Shown: one piece after another, positions 1 to 15,874 of the stretch
How positions within the stretch are numbered: the first letter of the stretch is position 1
Layout: each line of letters opens with the position of its first letter
Assembly (NCBI GenBank): GCA_040357565.1
Contig: JBDODJ010000033.1
Source: Cercozoa sp. M6MM
Taxonomy: Eukaryota > Protista > Endomyxa: Ascetosporea
DNA: 64,000 nt
Reading direction: 5' to 3' (one strand)
The notes under the pieces: generated by a model
The model's input: the letters and a program-made list of their open reading frames with translations, nothing else
Told to the model about the DNA's origin: nothing
Database searches by the model: none
Program-made: the position numbers and the translations under genes

Positions 1-38
1 ATATATATATATATGGGTATGCAAGCAAGGCAAGGTAC

Positions 39-2515
<2,477 letters not shown>

Positions 2516-2865
2516 AGGCGTGCTGACACCGCACTAACAACGTACTGAGCACCGATTATTAAAGCGCTAACAGCGCGATCCTGCGGATTAGAGCCAAAAC
2601 TTCGTCATTTTTGGACTGAAAATAATATAGCTGTACCGGAAAATCAGGACAAATAAAGAGACGAGCCGATACTTGTTTGTCAGTTTATTTCAAGCTTAGC
2701 CTGCGCGTGAGTTAGATATACCGTGCGCAAGCATCATCAGATTGTCATTCAACCCACAGAGAGTGAAGGTTGCTGACGTGGAAGAGGTGCAAAATTCTTT
2801 TCGAAGGCCATCTTCGCACTCGGCATGCGCGCATCCATCCATGTTTGGTTTTTGTTGCAACAGCG

Positions 2866-5224
2866 ATGTCGCACTTCAGCGCCGGAATTAAGCTCGATGA
2901 CATCAACGACTACGTACCACTTTTGCTTGGATTCCACGTCGAAGTACTCGAGGCAGAGCTCTACTGATACACTTGCCCCCCACTGTGAGTACAGTTGGAA
3001 GCAGAGGAGACCTGCGTGTTGGAAACCAACCAAAAAAACAAGCAGGAGTTAGACTTCAGCACTGACAGCGGCAGCGTCGAAATAAAGTTCCGTCGCGACG
3101 ACACTGGCCACTTCAAGCAAATCCGAACAGACGAATCGACGCAGACCGCCCGCATCACACTGGATGACTGCCTCGCATGTTCGGTACGCTGGCCTGTCTT
3201 GTGTCTTGTCTAAATTTGAGTCAGAAAAGGACTGCTGCTGTGCGTAGGGTTGTGTGACGTCAGCAGAGACCAAACTGATTGAGCAGCAGTCGCTGGAGCA
3301 AGTGCAACAGTACCGTGACAGTGGTTTCGACACGTGCGTGATCTCGGTGTCATCGCAGACGCGTCTGTCTTTCGCCGCGCGAACTGGACTTTCGGAAGCA
3401 CAAGTAAACGGCGTTTTCTTGACTGACAGCGTAGCTACAACGGGGTGATGACACTACCTTTGCTTGTGACTGTGGTGCACTGTAGGTGTTCGCGCGCCTG
3501 ACAACGCTGTTCAAGAGATACTTTGACGTGCAGTACGTGCTCGACGTGAACGAGGCGCTGCCGCTGGCGCAGAAACTCGCCGCCGAGGAGTTTGTTGAGC
3601 GACTCGAGAAGGTGGGATGAACTACAATTAATGTGATGTGTATTTTACGCTTGTATACAGGGAAAAACACCAGTACTCAGTGGCGAGTGCCCTGGGTATC
3701 CTGACTTTGTGTGGCCTGTGCATGTATGTGTCTGTGTGTGTGTGTGTGTGTTTATGCTTTTGCAGCTGGGTGTGTTTCGCCGAGCGACACAGTTCTGCCT
3801 CTCAGTTGCTCTCACTGTTGAGTCGGTGTGTTGTTACTTCTGCTATTTAATGATGTCTGCCCAACTACCGTTTCGTGCATACAGAGTGCCGTCACCGCAG
3901 CAGCTGCTTGGTGCTGCAGTCAAGCGCACATTGCGTACCTTTAATTTTGTGTTAATCTGCCAAAATTAGGTGTATTGCGTGTGCTTGCGGCAGATAACAG
4001 ACACGTGCAACACACTTGTGTCATGCCGTGCTTCGACAAGAAACTAGAGGCAGCGCGACGCGAGTTCACGGGTAACACCGTGCCCAGTGACAGCAGCAGC
4101 AGCAGCAGCAGCAGGAGACAGCCAGGGTCTGAGCAAGAAGTCGTTCAACATGTCGATTGCGTGGTCACTCCTGTTGAAATTGAGCAAGAGATGGAACGTC
4201 TCAACGTACACACTCTTTCTACCTGTACCGTGTCATGTGATTGGGACGCATCGTATATGCAATAGGTCTCATTTGAGGATTTGGAGGAGACACCTTGGGA
4301 CACCCTTGCGAACCTGGATGATGTAACCTTTCTCTGTCCAATGATGCCCTTAATGTGCCCGTATATACGAGTGTACAGCCGAGTGCGTCGACTGCGCAAG
4401 AGCGTCTCGCAACGGCACGCGATGTCGGTGGCAGTAATGGCTACGCCGACTTTGTCCTGCGATATGCCGAGCGACACTTTGCAAACACTGACAAAGACGC
4501 CGATGAGGGTTTCAACAACGACGTCAGTGCAGTCGAGTGGAAGCGCACCAAGAACAACGACTGGCACGAGGCTTCGGTGCGACTCCCGTCCGGCAAGGTC
4601 AAGTTCGTGCGTGCCTATGGCTTCCGCAACATACAGAACGTTGTGCGCAAACTGGTGCCTCCCAAGGTAGGCACACGGAGGCGCAGACACGTTCCGCCCA
4701 AGTGGCGCTACGTAGAAGTCATGGCCTGTCCCACTGGGTGTCTCAACGGTGGTGCGCAGCTCCGTGCTCAGGTGTGTCGCTTTGCCTGCTGTGCTCTCTG
4801 TTTTAAACGGATTGGTGTACGGCCTTTCAGGCACCCGAGTCAGAGGGACAAGTCCAGCAGGCAGCGTTGGCACATGCGAGACATGCCGCACTTGTGCGGG
4901 TACTATATGTATATCTGAATTTGCGTTCGTTTTTTTAAGCCATATACTACGCATGCACAGAGGTTGCAGACTCTCTTGGAGCAACGACCAGTGGCCTCTC
5001 CGACCCGACAAGAGGAACAGGTGCTCTTGTCTTTGGTGTGACTGGCCGTGACCAAACGCGCTTGTATGCGTGTGTGTGCTCGTGTGTAGTCAAACGAAAT
5101 GCGTGCGCGCTTGCACCCGACACAACTGGCGACGACGTTCCGCAATTTGTCACCGGATGCCACGGAAGTTGCTGCCAACGAAGACGCTGTGGATGCTAGT
5201 GCGGCACTCACTCTCAAGTGGTAG
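2866..5224 (+). CDS. NAR1: Cytosolic Fe-S cluster assembly factor Nar1/NARFL (hydrogenase-like), multi-exon
   Basis: Spliced motifs LDDINDY, ITLDDCLACS|GCVTSAE, SGECPG|WVCFAE, VMPCFDKKLEAAR, GGSNGY, AYGFRNIQN, YVEVMACPTGCLNGGAQ, and C-terminal LKW*. Confidence 0.95.
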
Positions 5225-6238
5225 CCAGCGCAGCGATGCGCCACGAGCAGTAGTTTTTAATTAATGACTGTGGTGTGTGGCGTGGTTACGTCAGCAAACT
5301 TCCCGGACTTTGTGTTCGGTCGTGGACAAAACCGATCCGGCTGGCACGACGTTTCCTCTCCATTTGGGTCCCTGATGATTTGGGTCGTGTGGGAGCGTCG
5401 TCAAAAGGTGAGGTTAGCACAGTCGCGTGTTCGGACGCGGCGCGCCTGCGGTGGACAAAAACCGAAAGTGATCCGGCGCAATTTCTCCGATCGATTGATG
5501 ATGTCAGGGACCGGGCAAAATTTTTAAAAAACGACTCCCAAACCTCAATTTTTTGGAACCCACGAAGCTAAAATACCGCGCCACTCCCCTATCAAGTCAG
5601 CTTACGGTATTTCTGATACAGTGACCGAGTTTATTGGTGCTCAGAGCGCATTCTGTCACATTTTGGTGTTGTTTTTTGTTTTTGACTCCAAGCCAGCGGT
5701 TAGTTGCGATTTTTCGAAGTGCGTTTTCTTCGATCACACTTCTGCTCTCTTCAAAAGCAACGCTGCATTCCCTGTGGGCTATTTGAGTGTGCACACGCCC
5801 TCCCGTTCGGTTTGTGTGTGTCAGTGAAGCTCCCGCCACTCGATTCCGTCATCGACGTTTTTGTTTGTGCAGCTTGTTCGTTTGTGCGAACCACCTTGTT
5901 TCTTCGCGTCTGCCTGCAGCTCCTTGCAACACGTCTTGCATCACGCATTGTGGAATGTCCACGCTTTTCGAAAGCTCGCGTACGTTACACCTCGTTTAAT
6001 GCGTCATTGAATGCGATTCGCACTTTGAAACTGCCTGATCAACACAACCCTGATTCTTTCGCCTCGTGCCTTTGTTTTTACGCCTTACACTTACTGACTT
6101 CGCGTTGAGCAGGACCGGCAAAGTACATTGGGTCGACGACGTTTCTCGTGTAAATTCTTCCACTTTCACACCACAAATGTGATAATCTAATGGAATTCTT
6201 GCGGTCCCAGCGGTTCGCGTTGCGTGCCAATTTCGCGC

Positions 6239-8390
6239 ATGTCATGTGGAAGCAATAGCGAATCGTGCTCGCGTTTTCAACGACTGGTACGAACGACGCC
6301 GCGTGCTGTGTTCGTCGACCTAGACAAGAGCTTTGGTGATGATGCGGATTCTTACACGTGCGACATGGATCCGTCCGAGCTCGAGCTCGGCACGCACCGC
6401 TCGCGTTCACCTTCGCCCATCCCGAAGGTTTGTTTTCTGCAAGCTCTCTCGTTTTGTCAAACTGGACGACCTCTTCTTTATCAGGACTACGAAACTACGT
6501 GGCCAAGCAGTGTCCGCCAGGCGGTACGCGATTTGTCGGGCTCTGGGCGCTTCGATCGTAGCCTTCTTTGGCGTGCCAACTTGCACGAGGTACTGGCCGT
6601 TTTCCATCTACCCATGCGCCCAATGTGTGTGTGTGTGTGTGTGTGCGTGTGCGTGCGTCTCCAGGACGAATTGAGCGTTGCGAGCGACGAACAAGCCGCA
6701 CTGGCGGAGTTTGTGGATTCGGATGACGAGATGCTCGCCGACTTTGGCGCTGCTCTGCGAGCTCGTGGGCAACAGCAGGAGTCGCAAGTTACCTTTGGCC
6801 CTGTGCGGAGGAAAGTTGAGGTTTCGGCGTCGTCAAGTTCGACGCAGTCCGCTTCGGTTCAGTCGGCGACGTCTGGGTCGTCGTCTCTCCACTCACTGTC
6901 GGACACGCTGTCAGAGCTGGTGTCGACGTCGCCGCGACCGCGTTCGGCGCCGTCGTCGTCCAGCTCGCGTCTCGGCGCGCACGTGATGCCACCTTCCCTC
7001 ACTGGTATACCAAAGCTCGCATGCTCTTTTTGTAACCCGTCATGTATTACCTTGGACTATAACGTGACAGGTGGAGGCAATGTGTTGTGCGAGTCTCCAC
7101 CGTATTCTCGTCGCTCTACGCCATGTATGGCGTCACACCAGCCAACACATGCCCCGCTACAGTCCGAGGATGTCATTGCCTACGGTGATGCTACGGAGAC
7201 ACCAACCTTATTTGGCAAGGATGGCATGGAGAATGACCAAGATGACTCGCTTGGTCTCGACCCATTGTCGGTGACAATGCCGCCTATTCCACTACACGAT
7301 GAAGACAACTACTCGTATCCTCTCCCTCTCTCCCTCTCTCCCTTTCTCCCTCCCTCTTCCTTACCTCTCTTTGAATGTTTTTGCTTTAGAGGAGCAAACT
7401 CTGGGTTTCTGGGCGAACGGCAGCGACCAGTGGTGCAGCTGTCAAACGCGCCACCCACGCTTGTATTCAGTCCCGCACTGCGCGCGCAGAGGAACGCGCA
7501 GTCTGTGTCAATTTCGGTGTGTTGCTCTGTGTCCACGGTTTGCCTCGTCCCTGTACGTGTTGTCCCTACCTGTAGGTGTCCAATCCGCAGCCGTCTGTGG
7601 TGCAGCTTCCCCTCCAGCAAGTATCGCAGCCAGTGGCGCGGCACGCGGCCAAGTCTCCGGTTGTGAGCTGCAATTCGCGACTTAAGCTCGCGCAGCGACA
7701 GACACCGGCGTCGACAACCATCCGAAGGGTATTTGATGCGATGTGGCTCCGTTGAGGTTTGCGAATCGATACATGCGCGATTGAATTTGACCTGTGCTTT
7801 CAGGCGCGTAAACGAATGCGTGACGTGCAAGTCTCGCGTGACAGTGCGCACGGCATGGCGCACGACGCTCTGGCACAGTCCGAAATGTACCTTATGAGCG
7901 GTAGCGACGACGACGTTGAGCTCAGGCGCAGTGGTCGCCGTCGAGCTCCCAGCACGTGGCTCCAGGAGCTGTCGGCTGGCAGCGTCGTCGTTGCCAGTGG
8001 CTCTGCACCGAGCACTGACGGCGAGACTGAGGTACCGTCACTGAGTTTTCACTTTGCAACCACTTGTATCGCCTTCTCTCTGTGATTGCAGAGTCGTGGA
8101 AATGATGATGATGACGAGTTCGTTCTCGATCACGAAGAGGACGCGTGTGTGAATGACGTCGCGGCTGCCGCTGCTGCCGCGCGATACGAGCGTCAGATGT
8201 TAAACGAGTCGACATCGTCTGGCAGACGAACCAAACGACGACGTGTTGGCAATCGCAAGGTATCGTGGTTTTTCTGTTCGAGGACGAGCTGTATTGTATG
8301 CGGCTGTTTGAGTAGCGCGCCGGCAATGGCAACAAGGTGTACAAGTGCAGCATTTGCGGCCAGGTCTTCATGCGCAGTCATCTACAGCTA
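6239..8390 (+). CDS. Hypothetical Ser/acidic low-complexity protein, multi-exon
   Basis: Long open stretches with GT-AG introns; no family recognised; 3' end uncertain. Confidence 0.5.
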
Positions 8391-8991
8391 AACGCCCACA
8401 TGAAGGTGCACAAGAAGCAACAACTGGCACAACAGGAGGCCGCCGAGTTTTAAGGTTTATGACGGCCCCGACGTTACAATTGACTTGTCACGTCGGCCGC
8501 GAGCTCGTACCGCACCATAGAGCAGCAAAATTCTCAGACGACTCTGGGTTGAGATCTCGATCAACGAGCGTAATTGTGACTGTTGAACAACCGAACTAAA
8601 CTGTCATGGCCAGCGCAGTGGACCCGATGGGAATCTTACCAATGGATATCAGCGCGATGAAACGGAACTCGAACCACGATACCGTACGTAAGGTAGGATT
8701 CCCGGTAACCGTCTCCCTCGTCATCCCGCGCCACGCGACTTACCTCTTTTGCTAACAGCGTAAATTGTCACAGTTTCGTAGAGTGAGTACCTAATCGACG
8801 ACAGGGTAGTAGAAACGAGTCGTCATTATTCCCAAGTCATGAAAATCAGTTTTTATAATTTTCAAGTTGCTGAGTTTTGCGTCGTAGCCACGTTGTATAA
8901 TGTCTGTTGCTAGTTCGCCCAAGTCTGTCATTCGATTCAAGCCGCTCACTGGCTTTTTGTTTTTAGCGCCTAAAAGTCGACCTGACCGTGC

Positions 8992-10056
8992 TTACACAGC
9001 GGACGAGTTTCGTCGCTGTTGCGTAGCACGCGTGCCTCCTCCCAGCAGGTCCATGTTCCCGGTTTCGTGTGCTGCTGATCATGAATGCCGAATGCACACC
9101 AACTACGAGAACCGCACCTTTCAGGAAAGCGTGGGTACGTTCAAATGCCTGCGGCTGCGTTGCTACCCCAGTTATCGTGCAGCACCTGTCAAGCGTAAGT
9201 TTAGTTGATAGCAAAAATGTTGCTTGAGCAGTTGAAAGTACAGTCGTCGGGCACCGGCATCATGCATGAACTCCCCGAGCCAGATTCCCTGTGTTCCCCA
9301 TCGCAAGAAAATGGAGCTTTACGCAAAGACAGCAACGTGAGGACGAAATCCACCTGCCAGCGTCCTGTGACAAACCTGCCATCGGCTATCGGCAACGTGA
9401 TTGAGGTTCCACAAAGCATCGACTTTATGTGCGCGGGCATGCACTCCTGTTCACGCATTCCGTACGGTATAATCTATGCTGTGCCAGTTACACGGTCAAA
9501 TTCGGTACCGATTTCTTCTCGCAAGACGCGTCGAGACAGCCATGAGCATGATGAAGATACCTGCATGAATGAGGTATAGTTCGACACACTTGGTCTCAAA
9601 CTGTAGTGTACCCATTTGGAGGAGGTCCTCGGCGTGGAACGAGTGTGCTGAGAAACTGGTCCGTGTCCAACAGAGCGTTTGGTTCAAGGCACTAATTTAC
9701 ACATGGCCCACAAGGCAGTCGTCAAGTGCTGCCATTATCTTCAATTTCCAGTACCTCACCAACGGCAACGGACGCAGTAGTGTGCATTATTTGGATATGG
9801 CAGAGACCCACCTGCGACAGTGAGAACTTCTCAACTAAATTTTCAACGCTCAAGCTTGAAGAAACTGTTCCGTACAGTACCACAATATTGGGGAGCATCG
9901 GCAGGGCAAGGAGAATCTCTGGTGTGATGATATGCCATCCTTTGGATATGAGTAAATTGGCGGCGAGCGCAGTTGAAAGTCAAGAAGGCAAAAGCATGGG
10001 AAAATTGTACCTTGTGGTTTAGGTGAAAGCAAAACCTCGCGTTGAAACCACGCCAT
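8992..10056 (-). CDS. YjbQ/UPF0047 family protein, multi-exon
   Basis: Spliced MAWFQREVLLSPKPQG|WHIIT..IMHTTAS..MPAHIKSMLCGTSITLPIADGRFVTGRWQ|GIWLGEF matches YjbQ motifs (HTSAS, PAHIKS, LGTWQGIY-like). Confidence 0.88.
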
Positions 10057-10291
10057 GTCCAGATGCTAGAATCTTCCTCGTACTGTAATGACAGAGTGTG
10101 ACATTAGCGTCTCCTTCTAATCGCCAGTGCATCAATACTATGTCCGAAGGGTACGGAACAGTTTAAATTTAAAACAGCGAATGTTGCACAGTTGTTCCAT
10201 CCGCGCGGACGAAAGCAAAAGTGTCGCATGTGGACAGATACCGCAATTTTGGTACTAAAAGGCGTTCTTCTGAATTAGCGTGACATTCTGC

Positions 10292-11056
10292 ATGAACAGC
10301 AGCGCGGAGCCAGAAGTGCATATCTTCGGTGAGCTGCTAGGAGCAGCTCGACTCGGTGTTGGCGACGCGTTTTGCCGTTTTCGCTTCGTTCAGGAGAATG
10401 ACGGTGCCAGTGAGGCTTGGCGGTGTGCCGAAGGCACTTTGAGTGGACAAACGCAGGTAACTTAAAGCAGTTTATAATTTTCTTCATTCTGCCAGTTTGA
10501 ATTATATTTGTAGGTGGAACAGGGAAGCAGAGGGCACGTTGTGTGGAATCACCCTGTGGATGTGCACTTTTTTGCGCGCTCCGTCGCTGGTTGGCCGCGC
10601 ATTGACGTGTCAGTGTGGAGACTTACCCCTGAGGGGCACCAGGTTCCAGGTATGTTTGCATTTAAGTTTGCACTTCCCCCTCCCTCTCATCTTGTCAGTT
10701 TTGTTTTCTAGTTGGGTACGGAACTTGCGCCGTGCCAACTACAAACGGTCTGCATGGCATCCAGTGTTCTCTCTGGCGGCCTGTCGGATCATTGTCGGAC
10801 GAGCTCTCACGCATTTTTCTGGGCTTCGCACCAAGTTTACGAAAGCCTGCGGCAGTGTCGCAGGACCTCGAGCTGCGACAGCGATTGAAGACAGGTGTGT
10901 TCTATACAGCACCGCTGACTGTTATGTACCAGGCATGTCATGCGTGTGCTTCCAACAGCATCCGCGGGCACAGTGCTACTGCGACTGGAGGTACTCACTA
11001 GGAACTTCCCGCAGCACAATGTGGAAATCGCCGAGAAGCATACGATAATGATGTGA
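10292..11056 (+). CDS. B9D2: B9 domain ciliary transition-zone protein (B9D2-like), 4 exons
   Basis: EVHIFGEL..EGTLSGQTQ|V..VVWNHPVDVHF..GWPRI..|VGYGTCAVPTTNGLHGIQCSLWRPVGS..GTVLLRLEVLTRNF. Confidence 0.88.
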
Positions 11057-11189
11057 TCGGATCGGATCGGATCGAATGGCCTGGGTGCGACGAATATCGA
11101 TACCGTCGGTGCTGCAGCTGTACCGTACATCACTGTAACTTAGTAGTACCCTCATATCCGCTTTCGGCCATCGTCGCGTGACATGATAC

Positions 11190-11575
11190 GATAGTTAGTT
11201 GAGTCTATACGGAACCAACAGCAATGCCAGTTCCCCCAGTCCAGGGTGGGCCGAAAACGGCCATCTACCACCCTTAAGGTAGGAGCGCCCAACTCTGTGG
11301 TCCGTCATTGCAGTGCAAAACGTCATTGACGCTTAAGGTAGGAGGATATGGCCTTCTCGAAGCGTCTCTCTGCCGGCACTTTGGCTGCAACTGCAGCTAC
11401 TAGTGCGTATTCGTTGAGTCGTGGGGCGGACTGTCGTGTCGGGTTTCGCTCAGGCATATGATGTCAGGCCTTTATGCAGCGGAACTTCGTGACCCACCCC
11501 AGGACTGGTACAGGAGAACTAAATTTACATAGTTGGTTTCTCGTGACTGAACTCTGCACATCGCATAACTAACTT
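11190..11575. repeat. Two oppositely oriented remnants of the 3' end of the (TAAC)n-tailed element seen at 39535-40058
   Basis: Reverse complement of 11190-11300 and forward 11485-11575 both align to 39940-40060 (GACCCA..GACTGG..GAACT..GTTGGTT..GACT(C/G)AAC..TAAC). Confidence 0.7.
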
Positions 11576-11578
11576 CTC

Positions 11579-12436
11579 TTACTCGGTCGCCTGTTGTCGG
11601 CAAAAGCTGCAAAACCTCAGCTCAAGAACTGGGGCTCTTAGGCCTAGCGCGCGCGTACCATACGTAGAGTTGGTCATGATCAAACTCATTGGGCGTTGCC
11701 GTGCGTTGGCATAGTGCCTGAATTTGAGTCCAAGTCCTACTGATGTCGCTTGTTCTTCTTGAAAGCGTTTCGCATGCGACGCCTCAGCGGCTATGAAAAA
11801 GAAAGTAAGGTCGGGGACCTTGGTGATGATTTCGCCCAGTGTCAGAGGTTTAGGTGGTACCGCATCTGCCAACTCTCGCTGCTTTTCCATGACAACGGAG
11901 CAGTCCTTTAGAAGCTTGCGCGCGTTTGGCGTCTCTGACCACAAACGAAGTAACGGCACACACAGACACATAGACATAGTGAAAGGCAGAGGTAGCCACA
12001 AATGGAGGCACCATCAAGTTCGGCAGCTTTCTTCGCAGCTTTGAAAGCGGCAGCGGCTTTTCCTTGATTGAGCAAGGCGCAGGCTCGCCATCTCCAGCCC
12101 TTGGAATACGATGGTGCGTACCTGTGTCAACACACACGCACAAACCGAAAGAATAAATCTAGAGGTAAAGCTATAGATATAGCGAAGAAAAAAAGATACA
12201 CTGTGGCCTGCTCGGCATTCTCGCAGGAGTTCTCCCAGTCATTAAGCCGAGAGTAAACGAGCGCGCTGCACAACTCAGCCACCAACAGTATCCTCAACCG
12301 CTCAGGGATACGTCAACGCCATGGAGATGAGTCTACAGGTTGGCGTATGCCTTGGCAACCGCAAGACGCGCTTCTTCAGTGCGAGCATGACGCGGGTTCC
12401 GAAAGGTCTAAGGACGAGGCACCATTCACACAGACG

Positions 12437-12524
<88 letters not shown>

Positions 12525-12632
12525 ATACGACTTAAACCAGCCTACTTCAATCGCCTGTTCGTACTTGTCGATCGCAAGTTGGTAACGCTTGTCCTTGAAG
12601 TGAACATTTCTGCAGAGTCAAAGACACACACA

Positions 12633-12690
<58 letters not shown>

Positions 12691-14185
12691 AATGATAAAT
12701 GAAGGGAAAAGAGGGAGAGAGAAGCACCCAAGTTCGCGACGTTCGTTGACACGAGTGATTCGTTCTTCCACGCTGCGCAACTGGTAGTGCTCGAGGCCAG
12801 GCTGCAAAGAAAGCAGCGTGAACTTGTAGCTGAGCTCGTTGAGACCATTCTCTCTGCGCGTACAGTCCAATGCCGAAGAGTAACAGGCCAAAGGAAGAGG
12901 AAGGTACCTCGCGTACTGAATGACACGCGGGTCGTCAAGCGATTCGGAGTCGGCAGCATCGACACTGACAACCACTTCAGTCTCCTCGTGGAGACGCATC
13001 TCTTGCAGCACGATACGGATCAGCAGAGTACTCACGTCCTACTCACAGACCAAAGTTACAGACCAAGGTTCAAAACAAAGCACATGCCATCGGTACAAAA
13101 TGCGAGTCACCTCGGAATCGCAGATGGGGGCCAGGTTCAGTGTTTTCTACATCAAAGAACAAAACGATATCGTTATTCACGCTCTTTTTTGTGCTGCGAA
13201 CCTACCGTGGCGCGACTGACAGCACCCGACTCGTCGGGAAAGAGTGCCTCCACTCGCACCGACACGGTGGCGTAGCGGTTCGGCTGCAGGCGCCCCTCAC
13301 CGCGCTTGAGAATCTTGCGACGCACCAGAAGAAAGCCAGCGTACTACGCAAAAACCTAGCTGCACACAACAACAGACACACAAGGTACCACATTCACACA
13401 CACACCTGAATCATGTCGGTAAAGTCGACCAGTTCGACCAGGTACTCCACAAACTCTGCCTTGCCTGCGAAAGAGTTGAATTCAAAAGGCACACGACAGG
13501 ACAAGGAGGAGTTAAACACAGCAACGAGTCTACACTGCGTAGGCGTGACACCGGCCAAATGTCGAACAACCTTGACACTGCGACCACACGTACAATGCAA
13601 GTATCTCGAATGGCAACACGGCACAGAATCAACAGTGACAGATACATGGCACGTTCGCCTTTGCGCATACTCTCGAGGGCAGCGAACAGACCGCGGTCTC
13701 GGAAAGGCGCCTTGTCCAACGTGCCACTCCACGGCTCCCCTGCCATGGCCGACTCAGCATCTGATTCCTGAGTGAATGCAACCTAGGGAGAAGAAAGGGG
13801 AGAGGGCAAGCAACACAGCCCACACCCACAACGAGCGGTACCTTCGCGATAGCGGGAGGCGAACGGTCAGGCGGAATCTTCGAAGAACGTCCGAGCCCAG
13901 GTCCTCTGTGCACATGATCACGCGTTTTTTGCTTTTGTGGCTTAAAGAGAAAACAACCATACAGTTCTCTTGCCGTCGCTTCCTTGCGCCTAACACGCGC
14001 ACTGCAAAACACAGTTCGATTCTGTCCCTGAAGCTGCAAAGCAAGGAGTCAAAGTACATAGAAGTGTCGTGCACTTTGCCATCGAGGCGCTCGACGAAAC
14101 GAAAGTTGACTAAAGCGCCAGGGGTCGGGAATTCGCCGGAGCCTTGCTCCACGATTTCCTTGGTGACACCAGGGCACACTTTCAT
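11579..14185 (-). CDS. FKBP-type peptidyl-prolyl isomerase with C-terminal TPR region (FKBP52/ROF1-like), multi-exon
   Basis: GVTKEIVEQGSGEFPTPGALVNFRFVERLDGKVHDTS, GLFAALESMRKGERA, VEYLVELVDF, ERRELG|NEHFKDKRYQLAIDKYEQAIE. Confidence 0.8.
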
Positions 14186-14435
14186 TCTTTGATCCTTGCG
14201 TTATTGGCAGATCTAAGGCTATCAAAGTTGATCTGCGGCACAATTGTACAGTAGGCAGGCAAGCTCACTATAGCGCTGTGGCTGACTACAGTACACCCAG
14301 TACAGTACAGTACAGTAGTAGTAGTTTCTGTACTGAGTTGTACTACTTAAGCGTGCGATTTTTAGTGCTCGTCGACGCTCTCGACCCATGCTGAAGAGTG
14401 TTGGGTGCGTTCCTGTACGTATTACCACACTCGCG

Positions 14436-15478
14436 ATGTCGGTAGGGCGAGCGCCAAGCCCAGGGCGTGACCTGAGCCAGTCACTGGGTGGTGAGTTCCG
14501 CGCGGAGCTGTCCCCGTCGCTCCCGGTACCGCCACTGCCTCTGGATTCTCTTACTGAGCTGGGTAACCAAGAGGATCAACTGCTGCGACAACAACCGCGA
14601 CAAGAGGAGCAGCAGTCACAACTTCAGTATCAGCATCAGCCCGAGCAGCACGAGCGCGAGCGAAGCAGCGAAGCAACTCATCCCGATAGCGATGCCACCA
14701 ACACACAAGGTGAAATGGATTCCACCGAGCAATCACACACAAAACATGACGACGACGACATCGATGGCGAGGAGTATGAATCCCCTGAGGTATCATCTCT
14801 GCGTGTATAACAGTATGTATTGTTTTTCTGTATTTATTGTTTTCTGTGGACAGGAGGACGAGCCACAGTCCCAAAAACAACGCGTGTCTCGACGACGGTG
14901 CTGTTACTTGAAAACTAGATGCTGATATTTTACCCTTGTTTTCTATGCAGACGAAGACCGCCAAAGCGAATCGTACTGCCCGTTTTTGTCTTGTGTTTGT
15001 TTTCAGTTGCCGTTGTTTGAATTCATTTTTTCTGCTTGCTTCGTGTTTCGACAGTATTCACCAGAGCGACGCGGCCTGTACTCGGACAAAAGTGCACGGC
15101 AAAACCGTCTCCGTCGCTTGCGCACGTCGAATCTGATCGGCTCTGTCCAGGGCTTGTACAGATCAGTTGTTACCAGTTCGGAGGGCTGAGTGCCCTGGGG
15201 ATATCTTATTTTGTTTGTGCAGACAACCACCGCCACAGTTGCCACTGCCACAAATGCCGCAAGGCGCCTCCACTCGCATTCGACTGCAGTCGCGCGCCTC
15301 ACGAAAACGCGCAGTTTCGATGCGAACGCGGAGAGGTACTAGTGTTACTCTTGTCTGCCTATTATTGATTATTGTTTGCTGCTTCCCAGTGAAACAACTG
15401 AGCAGACTGCTGCAGAATGAGCACGAGAACGACAGCAGCGAGAGCATGCTCTCATCACACCACAATATCTCCACGTGA
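14436..15478 (+). CDS. Hypothetical low-complexity (Q/D/E-rich) protein
   Basis: ORF plus GT-AG joined exons, divergent from the FKBP gene; no family recognised. Confidence 0.45.
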
Positions 15479-15874
15479 CCTCTGACTGCTGCTGTTCGTT
15501 GTGCGACTCGACTGCCGTATGGATGCAATCATAAGCTGAACTCACTGCCAGTGACGACCGACAAAAACTGAAAACCTTCAAAAATGATCATAAAAATACC
15601 ATTGAATACGGAACACATCACATGGTAAATGACGCGACGGACACCCGACCACTTACGTTGAATGCGGACGCAGCCCAAATTAATGTGGCTTCACCTGTGA
15701 TTTCACCCAAATTAACGTGGCGTGTCGTACTAAACGTATTCTGTGTATCAGTAGTGCTTTGAAGTGACTGAAATCCACTAATAAGCATGCTTGGCTGAAA
15801 ATGCTCAGCGATTACGGAGTAATTGCGTTGCGGACCCTTTGTTCTCGGGCAGCTAGGGGTATATGAATTATTGA

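Noticed and set aside
2866-5224. Possible [FeFe]-hydrogenase indicating anaerobic metabolism
   Set aside because: Motif pattern (ITLDDCLACSGCVTSAE, ECPGW, terminal W) is that of the ubiquitous Nar1
6295-6325. PRAVFVDLD, like the alpha-tubulin PRAVFVDLE motif
   Set aside because: No other tubulin/Misato motif (MREI, GGGTGSG) in the gene; the rest is low complexity
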